A stretch of DNA of 20,000 bases, from the IMG/VR virus record IMGVR_UViG_3300030106_002217, positions 57,652 through 77,651 of that record. The stretch is one strand, 5' to 3'. Source of the stretch: an uncultured virus (IMG/VR IMGVR_UViG_3300030106_002217) (taxonomy: Duplodnaviria; Heunggongvirae; Uroviricota; Caudoviricetes). Shown piece by piece: positions 6,054-15,357 of this stretch (position 1 is its first letter; each line of letters begins with the position of its first letter). The position numbers were made by a program, and so were the translations under genes. The notes under the pieces were generated by a model that saw only the letters and a program-made list of their open reading frames with translations, was not told the origin of the DNA and made no database searches.

Positions 6054-6289
6054 TGTCAGACGAAGCAGATAGAAGAAGAACGTACAGAGAATTAGAGAAG
6101 CGTGGACAACCAACGCCTGGAAAATATTACTATAAGCGAAAGCCTACAGAGTATTCACCAAAGAAAAAGATAAAACCAAAAGTAAAACAACTGGATTTAT
6201 TCAAGAAGAAGGCGGGTGGATTTACCGTGACAAACCGTTTCTCAGATATTATGCTACCAGAGAAGAAAAGAACAACAAGGATTACTTGA
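6053..6289 (+). CDS. small basic hypothetical protein, 78 aa
   Basis: AAGGAG SD; TAATG and TGATG coupling; KKKAGG motif. Confidence 0.75.
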   Translation: MSDEADRRRTYRELEKRGQPTPGKYYYKRKPTEYSPKKKIKPKVKQLDLFKKKAGGFTVTNRFSDIMLPEKKRTTRIT

Positions 6290-9200
6290 TGTCTACATCT
6301 ATTGGCGGAAAAGATTACAACCCACAAACACTTGATCAAACTGTTACTGATTTAAAACGGATTGGAAAAGGGTTACTGGTCGGTGAAACAGCAGACATTT
6401 TGGGTCTGCCAGCAGACCTACTTGGTTTGTACTATGACGTTAGATATGGTGAAACACCAGAGGGAATACAAAGTCTAATTGACGTAGCGGGCTCCGAGGC
6501 ACTTGCAAAGAGATTTATGGGTGAGGATTTTCCAGAGTTTGGTATGAACTTGGAAAGTGCAGGTCGAGTCATGGCACCTGGAGCTTTATTAGCAAAAGGT
6601 ATTGCAACAGCGAGATTAGCTGCAAGAGGTGGAGATATGTTTCCGCCTTCAAACAACAGTGCAGGCTATGCTCTAGCAACAGTAGGTGATGGTGCAAAGG
6701 TAGATGTTGTTGAAGAAGTTCCAGACACTATTGGTGAGCGCCTCTTTATGACACAAGCCGATGAGGGTGGACAAGCTAAGAAGATAAGACAAGATGATGA
6801 AAAGTTTTTTGAAGAGGGTCTTAATGTAGATGTAGAGGCTTCTTTAAATCCAGATAGAACTATTTTTTCTAATTTATTAAACGAGTTAGAGAAGATAGGT
6901 AAGACTTCTTCTAGGTTAAGTATCCTAGAACCAAGGATGATTCCTAAAAGAGTCAACGGACAAATAGTAAAAGATGCGACTGGTAAAGTTGTAAAAGAAC
7001 CAGGTCCGAGTTTAATAAGAGGCATTGATTTTAAACAACAGCCAACGGGCAGAGAATTATTAGCGTATTTTACAAATGATCTTAAGCCAGAGTTTTCTAA
7101 AAAATTTGGTGGTATGGGATTAAAAGATAGTGGCGGTAGTGGCTTACAAAGTAGATTAGGCAAAGAAGCAGTAGAAACTGGTTTAATCCGTTATCTAGAG
7201 AACAACCCAGACAAAGTTATTACTAAAGAAGAACTTATCAATGCAGCTAGTTTATTTAAGCCAAACATTAAAATGTCTGTGTATTCAAAAAATGAAGAAG
7301 CCTCTCTTGCAGAACAAAAAAAGAATTTAATAAATTCAATGGTAGGATTATCAGACAGTGATCCTAGAAAAGCAAAAATAGTTGACGCAATAAAAATTAT
7401 ACAAGAAAAAATAGATAATTACAGTGCTCACAACCCTTGGACACATGACGGAATACAGATGATAAAAGTTCAAGACTTAGGGTCCGTACAAAATCCTCAA
7501 ACAGCAGGTAAATTAAATTCAAATAATCAAAGTTTAGTTCGTACAGACAATGTTACTTTTTTATTTTCTGGGGACAAAGGCTTTGAAACTTTCATGGGAA
7601 AGTCAGTTGATAAGGCAAGTTCAAATGAAATTGATAGAAAAATAAATGAAATTGATGACTATTTCAAAGCGATGGGTGAGACAACATCTTTAAAAAAGTT
7701 AGGGCTGGGTAATAATCATGGATATGCCATACCAAATTATTTTGGTCATGTAAGAGGAACTGCAATGGTTACAATAGATCCAGCAACAGGCAAAGAGTAT
7801 AAAACACTTTCTATCAATGAAATACAGTCAAACCAAGCAGGCAAAAAAGAAAAAAGAGTAAACGCTGAAGATGCTAAATTAATGGCTGAATTAAATAGAT
7901 TGAATGAGAAAAGAAAAAATGTCCCAGGTTTAAATGATGCAGAACAAGCAAAGTATAATAGACTAAAAAAGAAGACCGAAGACAGTGTTATCGGAACTCC
8001 TAAAGTTTTAACGAATAAAACAAGAATGGATGCCTTAAAGATTGTAGAAGAGGATAGAAAACTAGGAACTGGTTTTGTTAAATTTGCAGAAGAAAAAGAC
8101 ATATTACAAAAAGACTTCGATAAAAAAACCACAAAAATGGAAACTCTAGAAAGAGAATTTAGTAAACTAAATGATGGCGTGGGTGGTTTAAAAAGAGCTT
8201 TGTTTAAGACAGATGAGTCTCTCAATCGTGACCGTATTCTTTTATCTGACTTTAGAAAAGCAAAAGCAAAAATTATTGAGGATCTAGAAGCAGCTACAGA
8301 CATCCCAGCTTCACGCTTGGGACGGTCATATGGCACTCCTATTGGGATTGATCGAGAAGAAAAAATGCCAAAAGTTTTGGCTTCTTTGTTTTTTAGAAAT
8401 CACGATAATTATGGTGAGCATTTAGCAGGTGGTAGAGGTTTTGACTCTTTTGATATAGCCACAATTTTAGATAACAAAAATCCTCTGGAAGGAAAATTCT
8501 TTGGACCTAGAAGTCCAATAAATCTTGGTAATCCAGAAAACCTAGATGAATTAAAAGAGTTAAAACAAATCGCTAAAACAAAATATGGCACAGAAGGTAA
8601 CACAGATATACTTCAAGATGTTTTTGCTCTTAAAGACAATGATTTAAATTATGATTTTAAATTAAGCAACTATCCTCATGCACAAGGAGCTTTTCCAGAA
8701 AGGCGTGTTGATATAACTGATATTGGTATGTTAAGAGAACATTATGAAGACATAGGACAATTATACGATAATGATCTGATCTCTGAATCGACTTATAAAT
8801 TATACGCTCAAAAACCACCTACTTATGAAGATTATATAGAGATAAAAAGAAAAGTAGATCCAGATTATTTTATGGATAAAGATAATGTTAAAGCCACAAT
8901 ATCTCATTTAGTTAATGACAGAGAGAGAAAAATAGAAGCAGGCTATGCGAACTCTTTGATTTTTAACAAAGTAATGAATGATCCAGAGGTAACAAAACTT
9001 TTAGAGTCTGACAATGTAGTGGAGATAAGAGATAGGCTCGAAGCCTTAAATAAGCAACAAAGATTAAATGCAGAACAAGGTATTCCACAAGACAATGCTA
9101 GTTACTACGCAGAACTAGACAAAATAAAAGATGACTTAAAAACAGATTTTGGAGTTCAGATGACAGACTTCGGAAGTAGTGGACAAGATTTTGCTCTTGT

Positions 9201-10257
9201 AGATTATGGTGCGATTGGCAAAGCATTTAAAAAAGCGGCAAGTGAAGTTTATGATGAGTTTAGAAAAACTGAAAAAAAGATACCTATGATTAGTCAAAGA
9301 AATTATGGGGAGCTTGTTAGAGGTGGATTTAAAAGACCTTCTCTTCTTACTAATTTAATGGGACAAAAGTACAAAAAAGGTGCTTTTACCAAAGACAGTT
9401 TTGATAAAGTATTAGGAACAAAAAAATATAAAGATTCTCACATACGTCAAGCATATAGTGACTTTATACATAGAAATTTTCAAACAGATATAACTTTTTT
9501 AGAATCTGCGATTGCTAAAAAAGGACTGACTCAGTTTAATAAAGATAAAAAATATTTAGAGAATCAAATACTAGAGGCACAAGCTCTTCAACAAGATTCT
9601 TTTGTTCAACTAGAAGAGTTTAATAAAAAAAGAGACCTAGATAAAATATTAGATAACTTAAGAGATAAACTACCAGAAAACTTAAAAAAATCTTTAGAAG
9701 AAATTATTAAACACCAAAAATTTGGAGATAGCACTAACTTAGAAAAATTTCTTGCAGGCCCTCCAGTATTAGAATACGGACAAATGACAGAACTTATGGT
9801 GCATAATGTTATAAAAAAAGCAAAAGACATGGGTTTTGAAAGAGTGCATTTCCCATCTATGGACGCTTATGATGACATGGGACAGAGACAATATCTTGGA
9901 TCAGGCGTAAAAAGAATACAGTATGGTGATGCAGAAAACAAAACAGCTTATGACTTTTCGATTGGCAGACCTTTGACAAAAGCTCTGAAGAAATATGGAA
10001 AAGGATATATAACACAAGCAGAAGTTATTGGTAAAAAGAACCCAGTTGTTTCCTCAACTGGAACTGTTCTTGGGGGAGGCACTGGTCAACAAGGCATAGC
10101 ACGGATAGGAAAAAAACAAACAAGAGCAAATGCGTTTGACGAAGACCTCCATAGAATAGTAGACTTAACAGTAGATGAGGCGAGTAAGAAAGCAGATTTA
10201 AAGATACCAAGAATGGCAAAAGGTGGTATACTAAGTAAATTTAGAAAGGTAAGTTAA
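6289..10257 (+). CDS. large 1322-aa protein, probably virion-associated or ejected
   Basis: Uninterrupted ORF from ATG 6289 (TGATG overlap); N-terminal Gly/Ala-rich amphipathic region; HVRG...SINEIQSN motif; ends RMAKGGILSKFRKVS. Function is inferred. Confidence 0.85.
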   Translation: MSTSIGGKDYNPQTLDQTVTDLKRIGKGLLVGETADILGLPADLLGLYYDVRYGETPEGIQSLIDVAGSEALAKRFMGEDFPEFGMNLESAGRVMAPGALLAKGIATARLAARGGDMFPPSNNSAGYALATVGDGAKVDVVEEVPDTIGERLFMTQADEGGQAKKIRQDDEKFFEEGLNVDVEASLNPDRTIFSNLLNELEKIGKTSSRLSILEPRMIPKRVNGQIVKDATGKVVKEPGPSLIRGIDFKQQPTGRELLAYFTNDLKPEFSKKFGGMGLKDSGGSGLQSRLGKEAVETGLIRYLENNPDKVITKEELINAASLFKPNIKMSVYSKNEEASLAEQKKNLINSMVGLSDSDPRKAKIVDAIKIIQEKIDNYSAHNPWTHDGIQMIKVQDLGSVQNPQTAGKLNSNNQSLVRTDNVTFLFSGDKGFETFMGKSVDKASSNEIDRKINEIDDYFKAMGETTSLKKLGLGNNHGYAIPNYFGHVRGTAMVTIDPATGKEYKTLSINEIQSNQAGKKEKRVNAEDAKLMAELNRLNEKRKNVPGLNDAEQAKYNRLKKKTEDSVIGTPKVLTNKTRMDALKIVEEDRKLGTGFVKFAEEKDILQKDFDKKTTKMETLEREFSKLNDGVGGLKRALFKTDESLNRDRILLSDFRKAKAKIIEDLEAATDIPASRLGRSYGTPIGIDREEKMPKVLASLFFRNHDNYGEHLAGGRGFDSFDIATILDNKNPLEGKFFGPRSPINLGNPENLDELKELKQIAKTKYGTEGNTDILQDVFALKDNDLNYDFKLSNYPHAQGAFPERRVDITDIGMLREHYEDIGQLYDNDLISESTYKLYAQKPPTYEDYIEIKRKVDPDYFMDKDNVKATISHLVNDRERKIEAGYANSLIFNKVMNDPEVTKLLESDNVVEIRDRLEALNKQQRLNAEQGIPQDNASYYAELDKIKDDLKTDFGVQMTDFGSSGQDFALVDYGAIGKAFKKAASEVYDEFRKTEKKIPMISQRNYGELVRGGFKRPSLLTNLMGQKYKKGAFTKDSFDKVLGTKKYKDSHIRQAYSDFIHRNFQTDITFLESAIAKKGLTQFNKDKKYLENQILEAQALQQDSFVQLEEFNKKRDLDKILDNLRDKLPENLKKSLEEIIKHQKFGDSTNLEKFLAGPPVLEYGQMTELMVHNVIKKAKDMGFERVHFPSMDAYDDMGQRQYLGSGVKRIQYGDAENKTAYDFSIGRPLTKALKKYGKGYITQAEVIGKKNPVVSSTGTVLGGGTGQQGIARIGKKQTRANAFDEDLHRIVDLTVDEASKKADLKIPRMAKGGILSKFRKVS

Positions 10258-12650
10258 TGGCAAGAGAACCAATGCAAATAGCACCAATGGTGGATAAAAG
10301 TGTGGGAGCTGGTGGAACAGTTGAACCAGAAGCCGATAGTTTACAAGTTGAATTAGATGATGTTGGTGAAACATTACCAGAGGGTATAGAGCTCGACACT
10401 GGCGAACAAATGGAAGTTATGGCAGAACAGTATGACCATAATGCTAATCTTGCAGAAGTTATGGAAGATGGTGTTTTAGCTTCTCTTGCTTCTGATTTAC
10501 AAGCAAAAGTCAAAGAAGATTTAGAATCAAGGTCAGATTGGGAAGAAGCCATAGCCAAGGGACTTAATTTACTTGGTATAAACTATGAAGACAGAAGCGA
10601 TCCGTTTCTTGGTGCAAGTGGTGTAACACATCCGTTATTGTCAGAAGCTACAACACAGTTCCAAGCACAAGCCTACAAAGAAATGTTACCAAGTGGTGGC
10701 CCAGTAAAAACACAAATACTCGGCGTTCCAACAAAACAAACAGAAGATCAAGCACAAAGAATTAAAGACTACATGAACTATCAAATAACAGAGGTCATGG
10801 AAGAATACGACCAAGACACTGATCAAATGCTTTTCTATTTGCCACTCACTGGTTCTACTTTTAAAAAAGTTTACTTCGATCCAACCAAACAAAGAGCTGT
10901 ATCTAAGTTTGTACCAGCAGAAGATTTGATTGTTCCTTACTCTGCTTCTGATATAAGAACTTCAGAAAGAGTGACACACATGGTAAGAATGAGTTATAAT
11001 GAAATTCGTAAATTACAAGTGGCTGGAGTATACAAAGATGTGGAGTTATCTAGTTCAGATACTGGAGAAGATGAAGGATCTATCCAAGAAACAACTAACG
11101 AGCTTCAAGGATTATATCCAAATTATTCAGATGATAGTTACACCTTACTTGAAGTTCATGTGGACTTGGACTTGGAGGGTTTTGAAGATCTGGATAGTCA
11201 AGGGCAGCCTTCGGGTATTATGCTCCCTTATATTGTTACCATTGATCAAAATTCTGGCGAAGTTCTATCAGTGGTTAGAAACTTTAGAGAGCAAGATCCG
11301 TTAAAAAGAAAGAGGCAATATTTTGTACATTTTAAGTTTTTACCAGGTTTTGGATTTTATGGTTTTGGATTATTACATACAATCGGTGGTTTGTCTCGTG
11401 CAGCCACATCAATATTAAGGCAGTTAATCGATGCAGGCACTTTATCAAATCTTCCAGCTGGTTTCAAAGCGAGAGGTGTTCGTATTCGTAATGATGACGA
11501 TCCTCTTAATCCTGGTGAGTTCAGAGATATCGATGTCCCAGGTGGAGATCTCAAAAATTCAATCATCCCATTGCCATATAAAGAACCATCTGGCACACTA
11601 GCACAACTTTTAGGGGTTATTGTTGACTCTGGTAGACGCTTTGCACAAGTTGCAGACGCAAAAATTAGTGATGTAAACTCACAAGCACCAGTAGGAACGA
11701 CTGTAGCGTTGATTGAACAAGGCTCAAAAATTATTTCAAGCATACATAAGCGTTTACATTACGGACAAAAACAAGAATTTAGAATGTTGGCAGAGATTTT
11801 TTCGGAAAATCCTATACCTTATCCGTATTTTGTAGGTAATGTTGCACCACAAATCATGGCAAATGACTTTGATGGACGTATAGATGTGCTTCCAGTAAGT
11901 GATCCAAGTATTTTTTCTATGGCACAGAGGCTATCTTTGGCACAAACACAGTTACAATTAGCACAAGCTGCACCAAATTTACACAATCAATACGAAGCGT
12001 ACCGAAGAATGTACGATGCACTAGATATTAAGAACATAGATGGCATATTACCACCGCCACAACCACCTGCACCAGTGGATCCAGCAACAGAAAATGCTAA
12101 TTCTATTAAAGGTATGCCTTTACAAGCATTTCCACAACAAGATCACGAAGCACATTTAGTGGCACATGCTACGTTTTTAGCAAATTTAGCGTCACAAGCT
12201 AATCCTCAAGGGTACGCTTTACTACAATCACATGTTCAAGAGCATGTTGGTTTGTTAGCAAGAGATCAAGTAACTAAATTTTTTCAACTTGCGATCCAAG
12301 ATGCTATAGCAAAAGGTGAACAGCCCGTTCCACCAACTCCAGAAGCTATTGAAGCGGCAATTTCTCAACAAATTGGTGAAATATTGAAGGAAGTTATGCC
12401 AGTTATTGAGCCAGCACAGAAACCAGACCCTCTTGTAGACATAAGGCAGAAAGAATTAGAAAACGATACGGCTGAAATACAAAGAAAGTCTATAAATGAC
12501 ATGATGAACTTCCAAATTGACCAAGCTAAACTACAACAAGCGTTTGAATTGGCACAACAAAGAAAAGAAACGCAAGAACAGATAGCAGAAGACCGTAATG
12601 ATGTTAATATTTATAGGATAAACACACAGGCTTCTCTGAAAGGAAAGTAA
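10257..12650 (+). CDS. portal protein (P22-like / HTVC010P-type)
   Basis: 797 aa; SRSDWEE, GASGVTHPLLSEA, LPLTGSTFKKVY, FLPGFGFYGFGL, LRQLIDAGTLSNLPAGFK, PVGTTVALIE motifs; Q-rich helical C-terminus; located in the head module. Confidence 0.93.
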   Translation: MAREPMQIAPMVDKSVGAGGTVEPEADSLQVELDDVGETLPEGIELDTGEQMEVMAEQYDHNANLAEVMEDGVLASLASDLQAKVKEDLESRSDWEEAIAKGLNLLGINYEDRSDPFLGASGVTHPLLSEATTQFQAQAYKEMLPSGGPVKTQILGVPTKQTEDQAQRIKDYMNYQITEVMEEYDQDTDQMLFYLPLTGSTFKKVYFDPTKQRAVSKFVPAEDLIVPYSASDIRTSERVTHMVRMSYNEIRKLQVAGVYKDVELSSSDTGEDEGSIQETTNELQGLYPNYSDDSYTLLEVHVDLDLEGFEDLDSQGQPSGIMLPYIVTIDQNSGEVLSVVRNFREQDPLKRKRQYFVHFKFLPGFGFYGFGLLHTIGGLSRAATSILRQLIDAGTLSNLPAGFKARGVRIRNDDDPLNPGEFRDIDVPGGDLKNSIIPLPYKEPSGTLAQLLGVIVDSGRRFAQVADAKISDVNSQAPVGTTVALIEQGSKIISSIHKRLHYGQKQEFRMLAEIFSENPIPYPYFVGNVAPQIMANDFDGRIDVLPVSDPSIFSMAQRLSLAQTQLQLAQAAPNLHNQYEAYRRMYDALDIKNIDGILPPPQPPAPVDPATENANSIKGMPLQAFPQQDHEAHLVAHATFLANLASQANPQGYALLQSHVQEHVGLLARDQVTKFFQLAIQDAIAKGEQPVPPTPEAIEAAISQQIGEILKEVMPVIEPAQKPDPLVDIRQKELENDTAEIQRKSINDMMNFQIDQAKLQQAFELAQQRKETQEQIAEDRNDVNIYRINTQASLKGK

Positions 12651-12651
12651 T

Positions 12652-13134
12652 ATGGATCCCGCCACTATCGGTTTAGCCATTACCGCCGCTTCGAAAGCCT
12701 TCGGAGCCATAAAGGCTGGATTTGCCGCAGGCCGTGAGATTGAGTCTATGGGAAAAGACCTCTCACGTTGGATGTCCGCGGTTTCAGATGTGGATAATGC
12801 CGAAAAATCCGCGAAAAATGCGTCACCACTGCGAAAATTATTCAAAGGAAAAGAAATAGAAGCGTCTGCTATTGAGGCTTTTACAGCAAAAAAGAAAATG
12901 GAAGCACAACGACAAGAGCTAAAATCATTTATAAATTTTCACTACGGAGCCAATTCTTGGAATGAGATTTTACATATGGAAAAGGAGATTAGGCTAAAAA
13001 GAAAACAGGAGATCTATGCCAGGCAAGAGCTTATTAGAAAAATCTGGGAATACATAGGTTGGTTTCTCTTGTTTTGCACTATTGTAGGATTTATAATATT
13101 ATTAGCTTGGATGTATAAAGAAAATAGAAGATGA
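12652..13134 (+). CDS. membrane protein: coiled coil plus C-terminal TM helix
   Basis: MDPATIGLAITAA N-terminus, hydrophobic YIGWFLLFCTIVGFIILLAWMY; AAAGGA SD. Confidence 0.8.
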   Translation: MDPATIGLAITAASKAFGAIKAGFAAGREIESMGKDLSRWMSAVSDVDNAEKSAKNASPLRKLFKGKEIEASAIEAFTAKKKMEAQRQELKSFINFHYGANSWNEILHMEKEIRLKRKQEIYARQELIRKIWEYIGWFLLFCTIVGFIILLAWMYKENRR

Positions 13135-13451
13135 GACAGAAAAAATTACAAGATAAATCTAAATATGCTTCTTACGACATCAATCAGGACGGTGTAGTTA
13201 GCGATGAAGAATTTGAGCACATGGCAGAAATAAAAAGACTGGAGCATGATTTACGAAAACAAAGAGCACAGAGGCGAATGGCAACTGCCAGTTTGGTTGC
13301 AATGGCTGCTTTTACTGGTGCAATGTTTTTTGTTGATCTCGATAGAGTTAAAGCTCTGGCGGATATTAGTAACCTTTTCTATATTACTGGGGGTGGTATT
13401 GTCGCTGCCTACATGGGTGCATCTGCTATTATGAATAGGAGTGGAAAATGA
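13131..13451 (+). CDS. EF-hand-containing two-TM membrane protein (holin/antiholin-like)
   Basis: Canonical 12-residue loop DINQDGVVSDEE-F followed by two hydrophobic segments; ATGA overlaps on both sides. Confidence 0.75.
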   Translation: MRQKKLQDKSKYASYDINQDGVVSDEEFEHMAEIKRLEHDLRKQRAQRRMATASLVAMAAFTGAMFFVDLDRVKALADISNLFYITGGGIVAAYMGASAIMNRSGK

Positions 13452-13855
13452 TACAAGCCTTAATAGGTCCAGCAACAAAGTTGCTTGGAAAATTTATAGA
13501 AGATAAAGACCAAAAAAATAAACTGGCACATGACCTGGCAACTCTTGCCTCTCGTCATGCCCAGGAACTGGCAAAAGGTCAGATAGCAGCTAATGCCGAA
13601 CAGGCGAAACACCCCTCAATATTTGTAGCAGGAGCCCGCCCCGCCATAATGTGGATCTGTGCTCTCGGTCTCCTAACTCAGTTCTTTATCATGCCGATTG
13701 CTGAATGGGCGACAGCGATATGGATGCCTGAAATAAGTTTGCCAAAACTAGCCACGGGTGAACTTATGACCTTAACCCTTTCATTATTAGGACTCGGAGG
13801 AATGCGGTCATTTGAGAAGTCAAAGGGCGTGGCAAGAGAGAACATGAAAAAATGA
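13448..13855 (+). CDS. holin, GTA-type 3TM holin family
   Basis: IEDKDQK...EQAKHPSIFVAGARPAIMW...LLGLGGMRSFEKSKG matches my recollection of the family. Confidence 0.85.
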   Translation: MIQALIGPATKLLGKFIEDKDQKNKLAHDLATLASRHAQELAKGQIAANAEQAKHPSIFVAGARPAIMWICALGLLTQFFIMPIAEWATAIWMPEISLPKLATGELMTLTLSLLGLGGMRSFEKSKGVARENMKK

Positions 13856-13907
13856 CAATGGATTTGTTCAGACATTTACGAATACACGCTAAAAAAAAGA
13901 GGATAAT

Positions 13908-14051
13908 ATGCCGTTGACAAAAAAAGGAAAGAAGATAATGAAGTCTATGAAAGATCAATACGGCAAGAAAAAAGGGGAGACAGTATTTTATGCAAGCAAA
14001 AACAAGGGAGTTATCAAGGGTGTTGACAGAAAGAAAAAGAAAAAAGGTTAA
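13908..14051 (+). CDS. small basic protein, 47 aa (MPLTKKGKKIMKSMKDQYGKKKGETVFYASKNKGVIKGVDRKKKKKG)
   Basis: Read by hand; GAGGA SD; resembles a recurrent small phage head-module protein. Confidence 0.8.
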   Translation: MPLTKKGKKIMKSMKDQYGKKKGETVFYASKNKGVIKGVDRKKKKKG

Positions 14052-14151
14052 GAAAGTTGCAAAGGCTCTTAGTAAAGCCTCTAAACTTCATGCTGGACAA
14101 GCAAAAACATTGAAAGGTGTACTCGGTGCAAAGAAAAAAAAGAGATCCTAA
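14020..14151 (+). CDS. small basic protein, 43 aa (MLTERKRKKVKKVAKALSKASKLHAGQAKTLKGVLGAKKKKRS)
   Basis: Read by hand; GTG start after AAGGGAG; amphipathic basic helix; fills the gap. Confidence 0.65.
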   Translation: MLTERKRKKVKKVAKALSKASKLHAGQAKTLKGVLGAKKKKRS

Positions 14152-14413
14152 AGTTGGGACTGGTAAAAAACCTAAAGGTTCGGGCAGAAGATTATATACG
14201 GATGAGAACCCTAAAGACACGGTTAGAATTAAATTTGCTACGGAGGCGGATGCCCGAACAACTGTTGCCAAAGTTAAAAGAATCAATAAACCTTTTGCGA
14301 GAAAGATACAAATCCTTACAGTTGGAGAACAAAGAGCAAAGGTAATGGGGAAGTCAAAAGTAGCCAGTATTTTTAAAAAAGGTAAAGAAGCAATAAGGAG
14401 AGCAAGAACATGA
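14126..14413 (+). CDS. conserved basic protein (DPKVGTGKKPKGSGRRLYTDENPKDTV family)
   Basis: GTG at 14126 after AAAGGTG (ORF track starts at 14117); ATGA overlap with the next gene. Confidence 0.8.
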   Translation: MQRKKRDPKVGTGKKPKGSGRRLYTDENPKDTVRIKFATEADARTTVAKVKRINKPFARKIQILTVGEQRAKVMGKSKVASIFKKGKEAIRRART

Positions 14414-15357
14414 CACGGATTAAACAATTTGCAAATGATATGGGTTTATCATACAATGAAGCCAAGAACTTAATTAACAAGGGAAGAAAAAAGAGAGATG
14501 GCGGATCAACAGTATTGGAGAGTTTTATGCCTATAGAAATAGTACCTAAAAGAAAAACTGACAGAAGTCGTGCAAAAGAAAGAATGAAACAAAAGAACGA
14601 GCAACCAAAAAAGAAGAAGAGATTTAAAGAGTTCGATAATGTTTTACCTGTTAAAGCACAAAAGGGTAAAATTACAAAAATAAACGGCGGCAAAAAAGCA
14701 ATAGGTGCTCAGATTAAAAATCTTGGTAGACTAGCAAGAGACGGTAAAATAAGTGTCGATGAAGCTATAAGACAAATGGATGCTATACAAGATAAACTGA
14801 TGGAGATGCCAGACAAGAAAAGAAGTAGGGGTGGTGGCTTTGATTTAGGCAAAGAAATTAAAAAGATAGAAGCGTTAGATAAAACACCAGGTGGCAAATC
14901 AACAAAGGAGTTAATGCTTAAAATGATAAAAGATAGCAAAAAGAAACCGATTAAAAAAGCAAACGGAGGATTAAAACCAATACCAGACGATAATCCAGGT
15001 TTAAAAGCTCTTAAAAAGGAAAGACCAGATGTAGTTGCAAAAATGGGATTCAAGAAAAAAGGTGGCATGTTGTCTTTTGACATGGGTGGCATGAACGATA
15101 TGGAAGATGGTAGCTACATGGCAAAGATAGAGTCTTTACAAATAGTGCCTACTAAAAAGGAAACTATGGGTTCACCAGGTTCAAGACCAAGACCAGGTAG
15201 AGCTCAAAGAGGCCCAGTGAGAGGTGGTGTACCCTCTCGTAAAAGAAGAAGCATGAAAGAAATGTCAATGAAAAGACCAAAAAGAATGAGTGGTGGTGGT
15301 GTAGCCAGAGGAACTGGTGCAGCTGTCAAAGGAACTGGATTTAAAGGTGTATATTAG
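14410..15357 (+). CDS. basic low-complexity protein with multiple xxGG motifs, ending FKGVY
   Basis: 315-aa ORF, TAAGGAG SD, K/M/G-rich. Confidence 0.85.
   Translation: MTRIKQFANDMGLSYNEAKNLINKGRKKRDGGSTVLESFMPIEIVPKRKTDRSRAKERMKQKNEQPKKKKRFKEFDNVLPVKAQKGKITKINGGKKAIGAQIKNLGRLARDGKISVDEAIRQMDAIQDKLMEMPDKKRSRGGGFDLGKEIKKIEALDKTPGGKSTKELMLKMIKDSKKKPIKKANGGLKPIPDDNPGLKALKKERPDVVAKMGFKKKGGMLSFDMGGMNDMEDGSYMAKIESLQIVPTKKETMGSPGSRPRPGRAQRGPVRGGVPSRKRRSMKEMSMKRPKRMSGGGVARGTGAAVKGTGFKGVY

Noticed and set aside
13893..13899. A AAA AAG slippery site that could -1 frameshift the 21-aa ORF into 13908-14051
   Set aside because: The downstream ORF has its own SD and ATG, there is no stimulatory structure, and A-runs are common here.
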